Below, piece by piece: positions 1 through 8,414 of a stretch of 64,000 bases of DNA. The stretch is from an uncultured Elusimicrobia bacterium. GTDB lineage: Bacteria > Elusimicrobiota > Elusimicrobia > Elusimicrobiales > UBA9959. The stretch's first letter is position 1; every line of letters starts with the position of its first letter. The stretch spans positions 15,633 through 79,632 of the forward strand of contig CAIQNV010000143.1 of NCBI GenBank assembly GCA_903873295.1, given 5' to 3'. Position numbers and translations under genes: made by a program. The notes beneath the pieces were generated by a model, which saw only the letters and a program-made list of their open reading frames with translations, had not been told where the DNA came from and ran no database searches.

Positions 1-1
1 T

Positions 2-754
2 GAGGCGGAAATACTTTCCTCGCTGGATTATGTGGTGGGCGGCGAGGAGAAGATGGTTAATATCATAAGCGGGCTAGACGAGACGGTGCAGGAAAAAGCG
101 CTTGCGGCCTTCACCCGCCTCGCCCCCGCCATGTCCAGGAAACTTAATTCCTCCGTTATACGGCTTTCCAGCATTCAGGATATTGAACCCGCGCAGGCCC
201 AGGCGCTTGCCCGCAGGCTGCCCATGCGGGTGCTGGCCGCCGCGCTGAAAGGCTCCCCCTACGCCGAGATCTTCCTTTCTAAGCTGGCCGGCGGTATGCA
301 GGAGCGCTTCCGGCAGGAGCTCGACCTCACCCGCGAGCTGCCCGCCGGGGCTTATAAATCCGAGCGCGCCAAGCTGGTGGAGACGATACGGCAGATGATA
401 AAGGAAGGTTTTATCACGCTTAGGCCTCATGGAGCCCCCGCCCCGGCGCCCGCCCCGGCCTCCGCCGAAACCGGCCCGGCCGGGCTCCCGCCCCCGCCTC
501 CTCCGCCCCATATTAACGCCCTGGAAATACCGCCGGCGCCGGAAAATAATACCGGCCTGGAAGTGCCGCCGCTGCCCGGACTTAGCGCCGGCCCGGAAAT
601 GCCGGCCTCCTCTGAAGTTAAAACCGGCGATGAAATTCCGCCGCCACCGGGACTTGAACCCGGCCCGGCATTGCCGGGCGAAGAGCCGGCGGCAGCCGGC
701 GGCCCCGCCGCCGAGATACTAAACGACCTTAACGCCCGGGAAGCGAAACTCTGA
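2..754 (+). CDS. FliG C-terminal-domain-like protein with proline-rich C-terminal tail (5' partial, frame open to window edge)
   Basis: Frame is open from nt 2. Residues LKGSPYAEIFLSKLAGGMQERFRQELDL...KLVETIRQMIKEGFITL resemble, from memory, the FliG C-terminal (MotA-contacting) domain. The last ~105 aa are Pro-rich with repeated EIPPAP / EVPPLPGL / EIPPPPGLEPGP units. It lies directly upstream of the motA-like gene. Confidence 0.5.
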   Translation, partial: EAEILSSLDYVVGGEEKMVNIISGLDETVQEKALAAFTRLAPAMSRKLNSSVIRLSSIQDIEPAQAQALARRLPMRVLAAALKGSPYAEIFLSKLAGGMQERFRQELDLTRELPAGAYKSERAKLVETIRQMIKEGFITLRPHGAPAPAPAPASAETGPAGLPPPPPPPHINALEIPPAPENNTGLEVPPLPGLSAGPEMPASSEVKTGDEIPPPPGLEPGPALPGEEPAAAGGPAAEILNDLNAREAKL

Positions 755-807
755 CCGCGCCGGGTGAAGAGGTCCGGCACAATATGGCCGGCAAGAGGTA
801 AAATAAA

Positions 808-1584
808 ATGGATCTGATGACATTGTTCGGCGGCGTAATAGGGATAGGGGTCATAGTCTTCGTGCTGTCCGCCGGCGGCATGTTGAGATTCCTTCTTAAC
901 TGGGAAGCTATCGTGCTTATCTTCGGCGGCACTCTGGGCTCGGTGATGATAGCTTACCCCTGGGCGGCGCTTAAGTGGACGAAATCCTCTTTCAAATTAG
1001 TGCTCTTCCCCCCCAAGCGCCCGCCGATAGCGGAACTTATAAAAGCTCTTGTCAGCCTCGCCGAAATAAGCAGGAAGAACGGCGTCGAGTCGATCTCCGG
1101 CGAGCTGCGCAGACTGCCTCACCCGTTCATGACCGACGCCTGCCAGATGATGGTGGACGGCGTGGACATACACATCCTGCGCGAGCGCATGGAGAACGAC
1201 ATCAACACCACCCGCCTGCGCCACCAGCAGCAGACCAACGTCTTCAACTCAGCCGGCACTTTCGCCCCCATCTTCGGCCTGCTGGGCACGCTGATAGGAG
1301 TCGTGCAGGTGCTCAGGAACATCCAGAACCCCCAGATGATGGGCTCCTCCATGGCCATAGCCATGACGGCGTCCTTCTACGGCATCTTCTCGGCCAACTT
1401 CCTTTTCCTGCCTATCGCCAGCAAGCTCGGCTTTTATTCCGACGAGGACATCCTGAGCCGGGAAATAATAGCCAAGGGCGTCCTCTCCGTCTACGAGGGC
1501 GACGTGCCCTGGCTGGTTTCAAAAAAACTCGAAGGCTACCTGTCGCTGGCGCTCAGGCGCAAGGCTAAGGCGACGGCAAAATGA
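808..1584 (+). CDS. motA: MotA/PomA-type proton-channel stator subunit (MotA/TolQ/ExbB family)
   Basis: 258 aa with 4 predicted TM segments. C-terminal channel region FAPIFGLLGTLIGVVQVL...AIAMTASFYGIFSANFLFLPIASKL is typical of MotA/PomA. RBS-like AGAGG lies upstream. The stop overlaps the next start (ATGA at 1581-1584). Confidence 0.8.
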   Translation: MDLMTLFGGVIGIGVIVFVLSAGGMLRFLLNWEAIVLIFGGTLGSVMIAYPWAALKWTKSSFKLVLFPPKRPPIAELIKALVSLAEISRKNGVESISGELRRLPHPFMTDACQMMVDGVDIHILRERMENDINTTRLRHQQQTNVFNSAGTFAPIFGLLGTLIGVVQVLRNIQNPQMMGSSMAIAMTASFYGIFSANFLFLPIASKLGFYSDEDILSREIIAKGVLSVYEGDVPWLVSKKLEGYLSLALRRKAKATAK

Positions 1585-2252
1585 AATTTTTCATAGAGCG
1601 CTACTCAAAGCGCGCCAAGGAGAATCCGCTCTGGCTCGTCGTGCTGTCGGACATCATGACCAACCTCATGCTTTTTTTCCTCATCCTCTACGTCTTCAAC
1701 ATTCAGCCGGAAAGCGAGGCGAAAACCATTTTCATGAGCGGCTTCGACAAGGACAATCCGCAGGCGGTCAGGGAGAAAGCGGCCGACAAGGTCATACAGA
1801 AATTCAACGAGGAAGACGTGGCCAAAAGGCTGGCGGAGGAGCTCAATAAGGCGAACCTGAAAGACCTGGCCGACGTGCAGATAACCGAGAAGCAGATCAA
1901 GGTCAACATCGCGGCGCCGGTGCTTTTCGCCTCCGGCAAGGCGGAGCTCAGCCGGGCTTCGGCCGAGGTGCTGGGCGCGGTGGCCAGGGTCATAAGCAGG
2001 CTGCCCAACGATATCATAGTGGAGGGCCACACCGACAATATCCCGGTCAAGTCCGGCGGCTACGCCACCAACTGGGAGCTCTCGGCCGCGCGCGCCAACG
2101 CGGTGGTGGACCTGCTGGCCAGGAAATGCGGGCTGCCGCAGGAGCGCCTGGTGGCGGCGGCCTATGGCGAGCACCGCCCGGCGGCCTCCAACGATACGCC
2201 GGAAGGCCGGGCGCGCAACCGCAGGATAGAGATAATAGTGTCACGAAAATGA
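1581..2252 (+). CDS. motB: MotB-like stator subunit with OmpA-type peptidoglycan-binding domain
   Basis: N-terminal TM with conserved Asp (WLVVLSDIMTNLMLFFLILYVF). C-terminal OmpA_C-like domain (IIVEGHTDNIP...NWELSAARANAV...NRRIEI). ATGA overlap on both sides. Confidence 0.8.
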   Translation: MKFFIERYSKRAKENPLWLVVLSDIMTNLMLFFLILYVFNIQPESEAKTIFMSGFDKDNPQAVREKAADKVIQKFNEEDVAKRLAEELNKANLKDLADVQITEKQIKVNIAAPVLFASGKAELSRASAEVLGAVARVISRLPNDIIVEGHTDNIPVKSGGYATNWELSAARANAVVDLLARKCGLPQERLVAAAYGEHRPAASNDTPEGRARNRRIEIIVSRK

Positions 2253-2887
2253 GCGCAAAAGATCACTCCCAGCTCTGGATGGTGCCCTTCGCGGATTTGA
2301 TGTCCTGCCTGGTCATCCTTTTCCTTTCGCTGTACGTTTTTTCCTTCAATATGAAGAAGTCCGACTATGAGATCGCCATCGCGAACCTGCAGAAGGAGCT
2401 GGGCGTGAAAAACGCGGACAAAAAAATAGCGGAGCTGGAAGCCACCAAACAGGTGGAGAACGATTTGAAGAAGCAGATAGATGAAGGCAGCCTGGGCATG
2501 GAGATCACCACCTCGCGGATAAAGCTTACCTTCTCTTCCCCTATTCTTTTCGATTCCGGCTCCGCCCGGCTGAAGGACTCCGCGAAGGAGGTGCTGGACC
2601 CGGTGGCGGTCAGCCTGCTGAAAATGAACAACATGGTTATAGTGGAGGGCCATACCGACTCCGCCAGGATGCTGGGCCACAAGTTCGCTTCGAACCGGGA
2701 GCTCTCCATCATGAGGGCCTTTTCCGTGATAAGCTACCTGCTGAAAAAGGGAGTGCAGCCGGCCCGCATCTCGGCTTTCGGCTACGGCGAATTCCGCCCG
2801 GCCGCGCAGAACGACACCGAAGCTAACCGCTTTAAGAACCGCAGGATAGAGATGATAATAATGCGGCAGTCGGAAGGGAACTTATGA
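2249..2887 (+). CDS. Second MotB-like/OmpA-domain protein (paralogue)
   Basis: Start chosen at the internal ATG 2249 (MSAKDHSQLWMVPFADLMSCLVILFLSLYVF), which overlaps the upstream stop as ATGA. TM segment with Asp. OmpA-like domain (VIVEGHTDSA...NRELSIMRAFSV...NRRIEM). The tracked ORF start at 2126 is a spurious 5' extension over motB. Confidence 0.75.
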   Translation: MSAKDHSQLWMVPFADLMSCLVILFLSLYVFSFNMKKSDYEIAIANLQKELGVKNADKKIAELEATKQVENDLKKQIDEGSLGMEITTSRIKLTFSSPILFDSGSARLKDSAKEVLDPVAVSLLKMNNMVIVEGHTDSARMLGHKFASNRELSIMRAFSVISYLLKKGVQPARISAFGYGEFRPAAQNDTEANRFKNRRIEMIIMRQSEGNL

Positions 2888-3840
2888 GAATTTGCGTCCT
2901 GCTCCCGGCGCTGTTCCTCTGCTGCGCTCCCGCCGCCCGCGCGCAGGGCGGCGCGAGGGCGGAGAGCGCCGAGATAAAAGAATATTACGACAGAGCTTTC
3001 GCCTACTATGTCTCGGGCGACTACCCCAGGGCCATAGAGCATTGGAACCTGGTGCTGCACGCCGATCCCAAGCAGACCACCGCGCGCGACATGATAGAGG
3101 ACGCCCGCAAAAAAATGGCCAGGGCCGCGGTAACGCTCAAAAGCTCCTTCACCCGCCTGCTGGAAAAGTGCCGCTACGCGGACGCGCTTATCAAACTCGA
3201 GGAGCTGCTGGCCGCCGACCCCACGAACCCGTATTACCTTAAGCTCCAGGGCAAACTGCGCAGGATCTCCGCGCTGGCCCCGGTCAAACCGTCCGCTACA
3301 AAAGCCTGGAACGTCGCCTCGGAGGGCATCACCGCCTGGCTGGACGAGAAAGAGGACCTGCTCTTCGCCTATGACGCGCTGCGCTACGCTTCGGAGCTGG
3401 ACCCCTCGGATAAGGTTTTCGGCAGGCTCACCGCCGCGCTGGAGGAGGAGGCTCCCCATTTGAAGCTTAACGACACCAAGCCGGAAAACTCCGGCGTGCT
3501 GGAGCACAAGAAAGAGATGGCGCTGCACCAGATCTACGATTCGAAGTTTTACCTGGCGGTGAAGGAGCTGGAGGGGGTGCTCAGGCTGGAGCCGGACGAC
3601 GTGACCGCCCTGAAGCGCTCAGGCTCGGCCTATCTGCAGCTTAAGGATTACCCCCAGGCCAGGCTCGCCTGGCAGAAAGCTTTGAAGATCGCCCCCGGCG
3701 ACGAGCAGCTTAAAGAATATCTCGAAGCGCTGGAAAAAGCGGCCCCGGCTGAAGCCGCAAGGCCTAAACACCGGCCCGCCAGACAAAGAAAAAAGAAGAC
3801 CCGAGTTTCCCCCGGCCCTGAGGGCCGACCCGACCTATAA
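2884..3840 (+). CDS. Secreted TPR-repeat protein
   Basis: Signal-peptide-like N-terminus (MRICVLLPALFLCCAPAARAQG). TPR-like units (YYDRAFAYYVSGDYPRAIEHWNLVLHADP; SGSAYLQLKDYPQARLAWQKALKIAP). Basic tail. ATGA overlap with the upstream gene. Confidence 0.7.
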   Translation: MRICVLLPALFLCCAPAARAQGGARAESAEIKEYYDRAFAYYVSGDYPRAIEHWNLVLHADPKQTTARDMIEDARKKMARAAVTLKSSFTRLLEKCRYADALIKLEELLAADPTNPYYLKLQGKLRRISALAPVKPSATKAWNVASEGITAWLDEKEDLLFAYDALRYASELDPSDKVFGRLTAALEEEAPHLKLNDTKPENSGVLEHKKEMALHQIYDSKFYLAVKELEGVLRLEPDDVTALKRSGSAYLQLKDYPQARLAWQKALKIAPGDEQLKEYLEALEKAAPAEAARPKHRPARQRKKKTRVSPGPEGRPDL

Positions 3841-3856
3841 GATCGCCCCGTAAAAA

Positions 3857-3880
3857 CGGCGGCCCGGTTCCGGGCCGCCG
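3857..3880 (-). terminator. Intrinsic terminator hairpin for the minus-strand gene 3914..4579
   Basis: Perfect 11-bp GC stem CGGCGGCCCGG / CCGGGCCGCCG. It is followed by a T5 run on the minus strand (AAAAA at 3852-3856 on the plus strand). Confidence 0.55.
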
Positions 3881-3913
3881 TCAATATCGGACTGCGGATA
3901 ACAATACGGACCG

Positions 3914-4579
3914 TCAGGGCTGGGTTTTGACGACCAGGCTCTGGGCGTCATAGGAAATATCGCGGACCTTCCAGGTGAAGTCCCTGCCGTAGCGCGAAAT
4001 ATCCATGGCCTGCCACTGCGCGTTGTAGCCTATCAGTTCAGGCTTAGCGCCGCGCACGGCCCATTCCAGGCGCTGCGTCGAATTCTCGATATCGAACTGG
4101 GCGCGGTTAAGGAGGGTGCGGGCGTCCATGTCGATATTGCGGGCTATCCCGTTCAGCCCCTGGTCTTTCTGCGCGAGGTTAAGCAGATTTTTGACGTCCA
4201 TTCCCAGCCGCTGCGCGCCGCTGTTATAGCCGTTAAGTTTCCAGGCCATGTTCTGCAGATCGTTCTGGAAGAAGGGGTCGGAGCTGCCGGTCTGCGCTAT
4301 GCGGCGCGCGGTGCTTTCAAGACGATCGAGGTCGGAGCGCAGCCAGGTGGTATCGCTCTCCAATCTCCAGAGATCGTTCTTAACCTGGTTGAACTTGCTG
4401 ACGAGGTCCTGCGGCACCTGAGCCGTCTCTTTTGCCGGCGCGGCGGGAACAGGCACGGCGGCGGCCCCGGCCCCGACGGCGAGATCCGCGGCTTTCATAG
4501 CGGCGAGAGAGGAGAAGTCAGCGGAGAAAACCGGAGACACTAAGGAAACCAGCACGGCCGCAAGCATTGTTTTTTTCAT
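3914..4579 (-). CDS. Secreted hypothetical protein (coiled-coil-like)
   Basis: Signal peptide MKKTMLAAVLVSLVSPVFSA. No motif I recognise. Good GC3 coding bias. Terminator downstream. Confidence 0.6.
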   Translation of the reverse strand: MKKTMLAAVLVSLVSPVFSADFSSLAAMKAADLAVGAGAAAVPVPAAPAKETAQVPQDLVSKFNQVKNDLWRLESDTTWLRSDLDRLESTARRIAQTGSSDPFFQNDLQNMAWKLNGYNSGAQRLGMDVKNLLNLAQKDQGLNGIARNIDMDARTLLNRAQFDIENSTQRLEWAVRGAKPELIGYNAQWQAMDISRYGRDFTWKVRDISYDAQSLVVKTQP

Positions 4580-4691
4580 TCGTTAAGGAGCTCCTGTAAC
4601 CCGAGGATTTGGCGACATGTTAAGTATACAGCCGGAAGCGGCGCGCCGAAAGCGGCTTAAGTCCTATACGCGGCTGGGCCGAAAGTCCCGC

Positions 4692-7181
4692 CTACAGATC
4701 GAGGCGCAGAACGGCCAGCGAGAGCGGCTCTACCTCGAAAGTGCCCGTAACGGGAGCCCCCGGCTCCTTTATCAGCCCTATGGAGTCGAACGCCTCCAGC
4801 CAGTTCCCTTCGGGAAGGATGAATTTGCGCGGAGTTTTCTCAGGATTCACCAGCACCACTATGCGCCGCCAGCTGTCGCCGGCCTTGTCGCCGTAAAGCA
4901 GGTAGGCTATGCCCGGGGGCGCTACTTTCAGGCCCAGCTCTTCGTAGAACTTGAGGTTTTCCCTGACTTCCGGCGCGGTCTTCATGCGGAAAGCCGGGTG
5001 GGCCCTGCGCAGGGCTATCAGGTCCCTGTAGTAGGAGTAGACGGAGAATTTTTCCTTCTTGCGCGTCCAGTCCAGCCGGTTTATCTCGTCGGGCAGGTTA
5101 TAGGAATTTTCCTCCCCCTTCTTGGTGCGCAGGAATTCTTCGCCGGCCTGCAGGAAGGGGATCCCCTGCGAGGTGAGGACCAGCGCGTTGGCCAGTTTAT
5201 CCATGGCGACTTTATTGGGCAGCGGCTCGTCCTTGACCGACAGCTCGATGCGGTCCCATAAGGTATGGTTGTCGTGGCTGGAGACGTAATTCACGGTTTC
5301 CAGCGGCCCGTCGGTGAAGTCGTCCACCGAGCCCCGTATGCCGCGCAGCACGCCCTCCCGGTTGCGGGCGGCCTGCACGTAGCCCAGATCCGCCAGCGAG
5401 AACACGCTGCCCTTGATGGCGTCGCGGAACCCGTCGTTGAACACGGCGAAGCCCTGAGAGCGCTGGCTGCCTTTTTTTACGCCTTTTACCGGGGAGGAGC
5501 CCGCCGTCCAGGGCTCGCCGTAAATAAAGATATCCGGCTTTTCCAGCTTGAGCGCGCGCACTAGCTCCGCCGCCGTGCCGGTGTCGATGAGGCCCATCAG
5601 GTCGAAGCGGAACCCGTCCACCCTGTATTCGCGCACCCAGTGCAGCAGGCTGTCCAGCAGGAACTTGCGCGCCATGGGCGCTTCGGTCCTGAACTCGTTG
5701 CCGCAGCCGGAGCCGTTGGAATACGTGCCGTCGGCGTTGAGCCGGTAATAGTAGTCGGCGGCCGCCGCGTTGAAGTTATAGGTGGTGGCGCGCGTCTCGG
5801 CCGTGTGGTTGTAGACCACGTCCATTATGACCTTGAGCCCCTTGCGGTGAAAGGCGTCTATCATCTGCTTCGTCTCGCGCACCCGGGAGCCGTCGGCGGG
5901 GTTCGTAGCGTAGGAGCCCTCGGGAGAATTGAAGTTGACCGGCATATAGCCCCAGTTGTAAGAGGAAGTGCTGTCGCCGTTCTCAAAGTCCTGGAAGGGC
6001 AGGAGATGCACGGCGTTGACGCCGAGCTCGGCGATATGGTCCAGCCCCGTCGTTATGGCCGGGAACCGCGGATGGCGCGTGCCGCTCTCGGCGGCGCCCA
6101 GGTACTTCCCTTTGTTTTTCACTCCGGAAAACTCGTCCATGGTGAGGTCGCGCAAATGCACTTCGTAAACCACGGTCTCCGAGGCGTCGAAAGAGGGCCC
6201 GGGGGAAACAGGCGTTTCATCCTTTAATATCAGGGCTTTACCCCCCTCGCCGGTGACGCAGGCCGCGTAGGGATCAAGCCCCTCGTAAACTTTCCCGTTC
6301 TGCTCGGTCCGCAGCCGGTAAGATTTCCCCTCCAGCGACTCTCCGAATTTCTTTTCCCAGACGCCGCCGGGCTTGCTTCCCAGGAGGTGCACATAGGGCT
6401 GCGCGCCGGGGAAGTCGTAAACCAGCGCCTCCGCCTTTACCGCGTAAGGCGCGAAAACGCGCAGGACCGACCGCCCTTTTTCGGACGTCATCCCCATAGC
6501 GAGCGGACTATAGAACTCCGGCCCGTAGACCGCCCCGCCCAGCCGCAGCGCGACGGGCTCGAAGCCGGCGGAGGACAATTTATATTCTCCGGCGTTCAGG
6601 GCCTTATAATCGGGCTCGAAACCGCTGAAGACCAGCAGGGCCGCGCGCGAGTAGGCGCCGCCGACGGGCGCGACGGAAGCGGGCTTAAGTATTTCACCGC
6701 CGCGGCTGAGGTAAAAGCCCTGGGCGTCCAGGAAAGCGGCGGGGAGCGGGCGGGTGAAAGTTACGCGCACCTCTCCGGCCCCGTCCAGCCAGGCGCCGGT
6801 CACGGCGGTGGAGATCTCGGGCGGGGCGGAGTAGACCTTGCCGTCGCCTTCAAGCAGATATACTTCGCCCTGGCGGGCCGCGGCCAGTATCTTGTCCGGG
6901 GCGTCTTTATTAGTCCAGTTCCCCTGGCGCGGCAGGAAGCCGGTTTTTTTCCCGGACAGGCCTGAGGCGTCCAGGTCCAGCTCGAAAAACACGCCGAAGG
7001 GGTCGCTCCCCGACGGGGCAAGCTCGAGCCCCGGCGTCTTTTCCGCGTCGTTCCAGACCCAGAGGTTCCAGCCGGAGTAGACTTTATCCTGGCGGCTGTA
7101 ATGGATCACAAGTTTGTCCGCTCCGAAAACCTGCTGCGGCATAAGCATCGCTCCCAGTAAAAAGAGTTTCAGAAATTTCAT
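4692..7181 (-). CDS. pulA: Type I pullulanase (GH13)
   Basis: Signal peptide. Carries the YNWGY(M/D)P signature (YNWGYMPVNF) and GH13 conserved regions DVVYNHT, GFRFDLMG, YGEPW and YVSSHDN. Confidence 0.9.
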   Translation of the reverse strand: MKFLKLFLLGAMLMPQQVFGADKLVIHYSRQDKVYSGWNLWVWNDAEKTPGLELAPSGSDPFGVFFELDLDASGLSGKKTGFLPRQGNWTNKDAPDKILAAARQGEVYLLEGDGKVYSAPPEISTAVTGAWLDGAGEVRVTFTRPLPAAFLDAQGFYLSRGGEILKPASVAPVGGAYSRAALLVFSGFEPDYKALNAGEYKLSSAGFEPVALRLGGAVYGPEFYSPLAMGMTSEKGRSVLRVFAPYAVKAEALVYDFPGAQPYVHLLGSKPGGVWEKKFGESLEGKSYRLRTEQNGKVYEGLDPYAACVTGEGGKALILKDETPVSPGPSFDASETVVYEVHLRDLTMDEFSGVKNKGKYLGAAESGTRHPRFPAITTGLDHIAELGVNAVHLLPFQDFENGDSTSSYNWGYMPVNFNSPEGSYATNPADGSRVRETKQMIDAFHRKGLKVIMDVVYNHTAETRATTYNFNAAAADYYYRLNADGTYSNGSGCGNEFRTEAPMARKFLLDSLLHWVREYRVDGFRFDLMGLIDTGTAAELVRALKLEKPDIFIYGEPWTAGSSPVKGVKKGSQRSQGFAVFNDGFRDAIKGSVFSLADLGYVQAARNREGVLRGIRGSVDDFTDGPLETVNYVSSHDNHTLWDRIELSVKDEPLPNKVAMDKLANALVLTSQGIPFLQAGEEFLRTKKGEENSYNLPDEINRLDWTRKKEKFSVYSYYRDLIALRRAHPAFRMKTAPEVRENLKFYEELGLKVAPPGIAYLLYGDKAGDSWRRIVVLVNPEKTPRKFILPEGNWLEAFDSIGLIKEPGAPVTGTFEVEPLSLAVLRLDL

Positions 7182-7218
7182 GTCGAACCCCCTTCAGCCT
7201 CCTTAAATTGTAAAATAT

Positions 7219-8346
7219 ATGCCTATGCTTCATACAGCGTTATTTTTACTTCTTGCTTCTCACTGCTCCGCTTCCGACGGCGTTCAGGCCGCCACTGAAA
7301 CCGCCAGGATACAAATTTCCACTTCGGCGATCAGGGAGCTGGTCCTGGCCGGCCGCAGGGTGCGCGGCATACATCTGACCTGCTGGAGCGCCGGCTCCGC
7401 CAAGAGCAGGAAGGAACTGCTCAATAAGATCTCGGATTCCGTTATCAACACCGTGGTGATAGCCGTTAAGGAAACCGACGGCAGGGTTTACATCCCCGGC
7501 GTGGAAAAGGCGCACAAGTTCGGCTCCTACCAGGGGGCGATAAGCGACCCCGGGGCCATGCTGAAAGATTTCAAAGGGGCGGGCCTTTATACCGTGGCCC
7601 GCATAGTGGTTTTTAAGGACACGATGCTGCCCGGAATCCGGCAGGACCTGGCTGTAAAGACTCCGGGCGGCGACCTCTGGCGCAGCCGCAACGGGGCGGT
7701 CTGGCTCGACCCCTACAACAGGGAGGTCTGGGACTATACGCTCGACATAGCCGAGCGCGCTGCCAAGCTGGGTTTTGAGGAAATACAGTTCGACTACATC
7801 CGCTACCCGTCCGAGGGGAACACCTCGCTTTGCCGCTACTCGAAGCCCCACAACAGGCATACGGCGGTAAACAATCTCAGGGACTTCCTGGACTACGCGG
7901 CGAAGCGCCTCGCCCCGTACAAGGTTAAGATCTCGGCGGACGTGTTCGGCCTTACCACCTCGGTAAAGGACGACATGGGCATCGGCCAGGACATAAAGAC
8001 GCTGGCGGCCGGCGCCGATTACGTCTATCCCATGATGTACCCGTCGCATTACGCCGCCGGCGAGTATAACATTAAGAATCCCAACGGCAGCCCCTTCAAG
8101 GTGATCAACCGGGGTCTCAAGGACGCCATGGAAAAGCTCGGCCCGGACTACGCCAAGCTGCGCCCCTATCTGCAGGATTTTTCGCTGGGCTGGAAATACG
8201 GCCCCTCGGAAGTGCGCGCGCAACTGATGGCCGCGCATCTGAATTTACTTGAGAGCTGGGTGCTCTGGAACCCCGCGAACAAATATACCTGGTCCGCCCT
8301 CACGCCGCAGTTCTACCGGGCCTTCGTGGACCCGGAATATAAATAA
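7219..8346 (+). CDS. Putative glycoside-hydrolase-like TIM-barrel protein (COG1306/DUF4015-like)
   Basis: Signal peptide. Pattern RGIHLTCWSAGS...INTVVIAVKETDGRVYIP...EEIQFDYIRYP matches my recollection of DUF4015-type putative glycosyl hydrolases. Divergent from the pullulanase gene. Confidence 0.6.
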   Translation: MPMLHTALFLLLASHCSASDGVQAATETARIQISTSAIRELVLAGRRVRGIHLTCWSAGSAKSRKELLNKISDSVINTVVIAVKETDGRVYIPGVEKAHKFGSYQGAISDPGAMLKDFKGAGLYTVARIVVFKDTMLPGIRQDLAVKTPGGDLWRSRNGAVWLDPYNREVWDYTLDIAERAAKLGFEEIQFDYIRYPSEGNTSLCRYSKPHNRHTAVNNLRDFLDYAAKRLAPYKVKISADVFGLTTSVKDDMGIGQDIKTLAAGADYVYPMMYPSHYAAGEYNIKNPNGSPFKVINRGLKDAMEKLGPDYAKLRPYLQDFSLGWKYGPSEVRAQLMAAHLNLLESWVLWNPANKYTWSALTPQFYRAFVDPEYK

Positions 8347-8362
8347 GGATTATCTTTCTTTG

Positions 8363-8391
8363 AAAAAAAGACCGGGAAGTCCCGGTTTTTT
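8363..8391. terminator. Bidirectional intrinsic terminator
   Basis: AAAAAAA-GACCGGG-aagt-CCCGGT-TTTTTT immediately after the stop of 7219..8346. Confidence 0.7.
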
Positions 8392-8414
8392 CAATGAATA
8401 GAACTCAACGCTTG

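Noticed and set aside
74-780. Several Pro/Arg/Gly-rich ORFs in other frames and strands over the first gene (74..511, 427..780, 429..722).
   Set aside because: They are frame artefacts of the GC-rich proline-repeat DNA. Only the frame continuing the FliG_C-like domain has recognisable protein features.
2126-2248. 5' extensions of tracked ORFs over upstream genes: 2126 for the second MotB, 28431 for the PorV-like gene, 60386 for the kinase, 47746 for the desulfidase-family gene, 44884 for rnd and 15716 for the asparaginase-like gene.
   Set aside because: Internal ATGs give starts that abut or minimally overlap the upstream stop and begin with sensible N-termini (signal peptide or conserved N-terminal motif). 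The extensions are Arg/Gly/Pro-rich and overlap real coding sequence.
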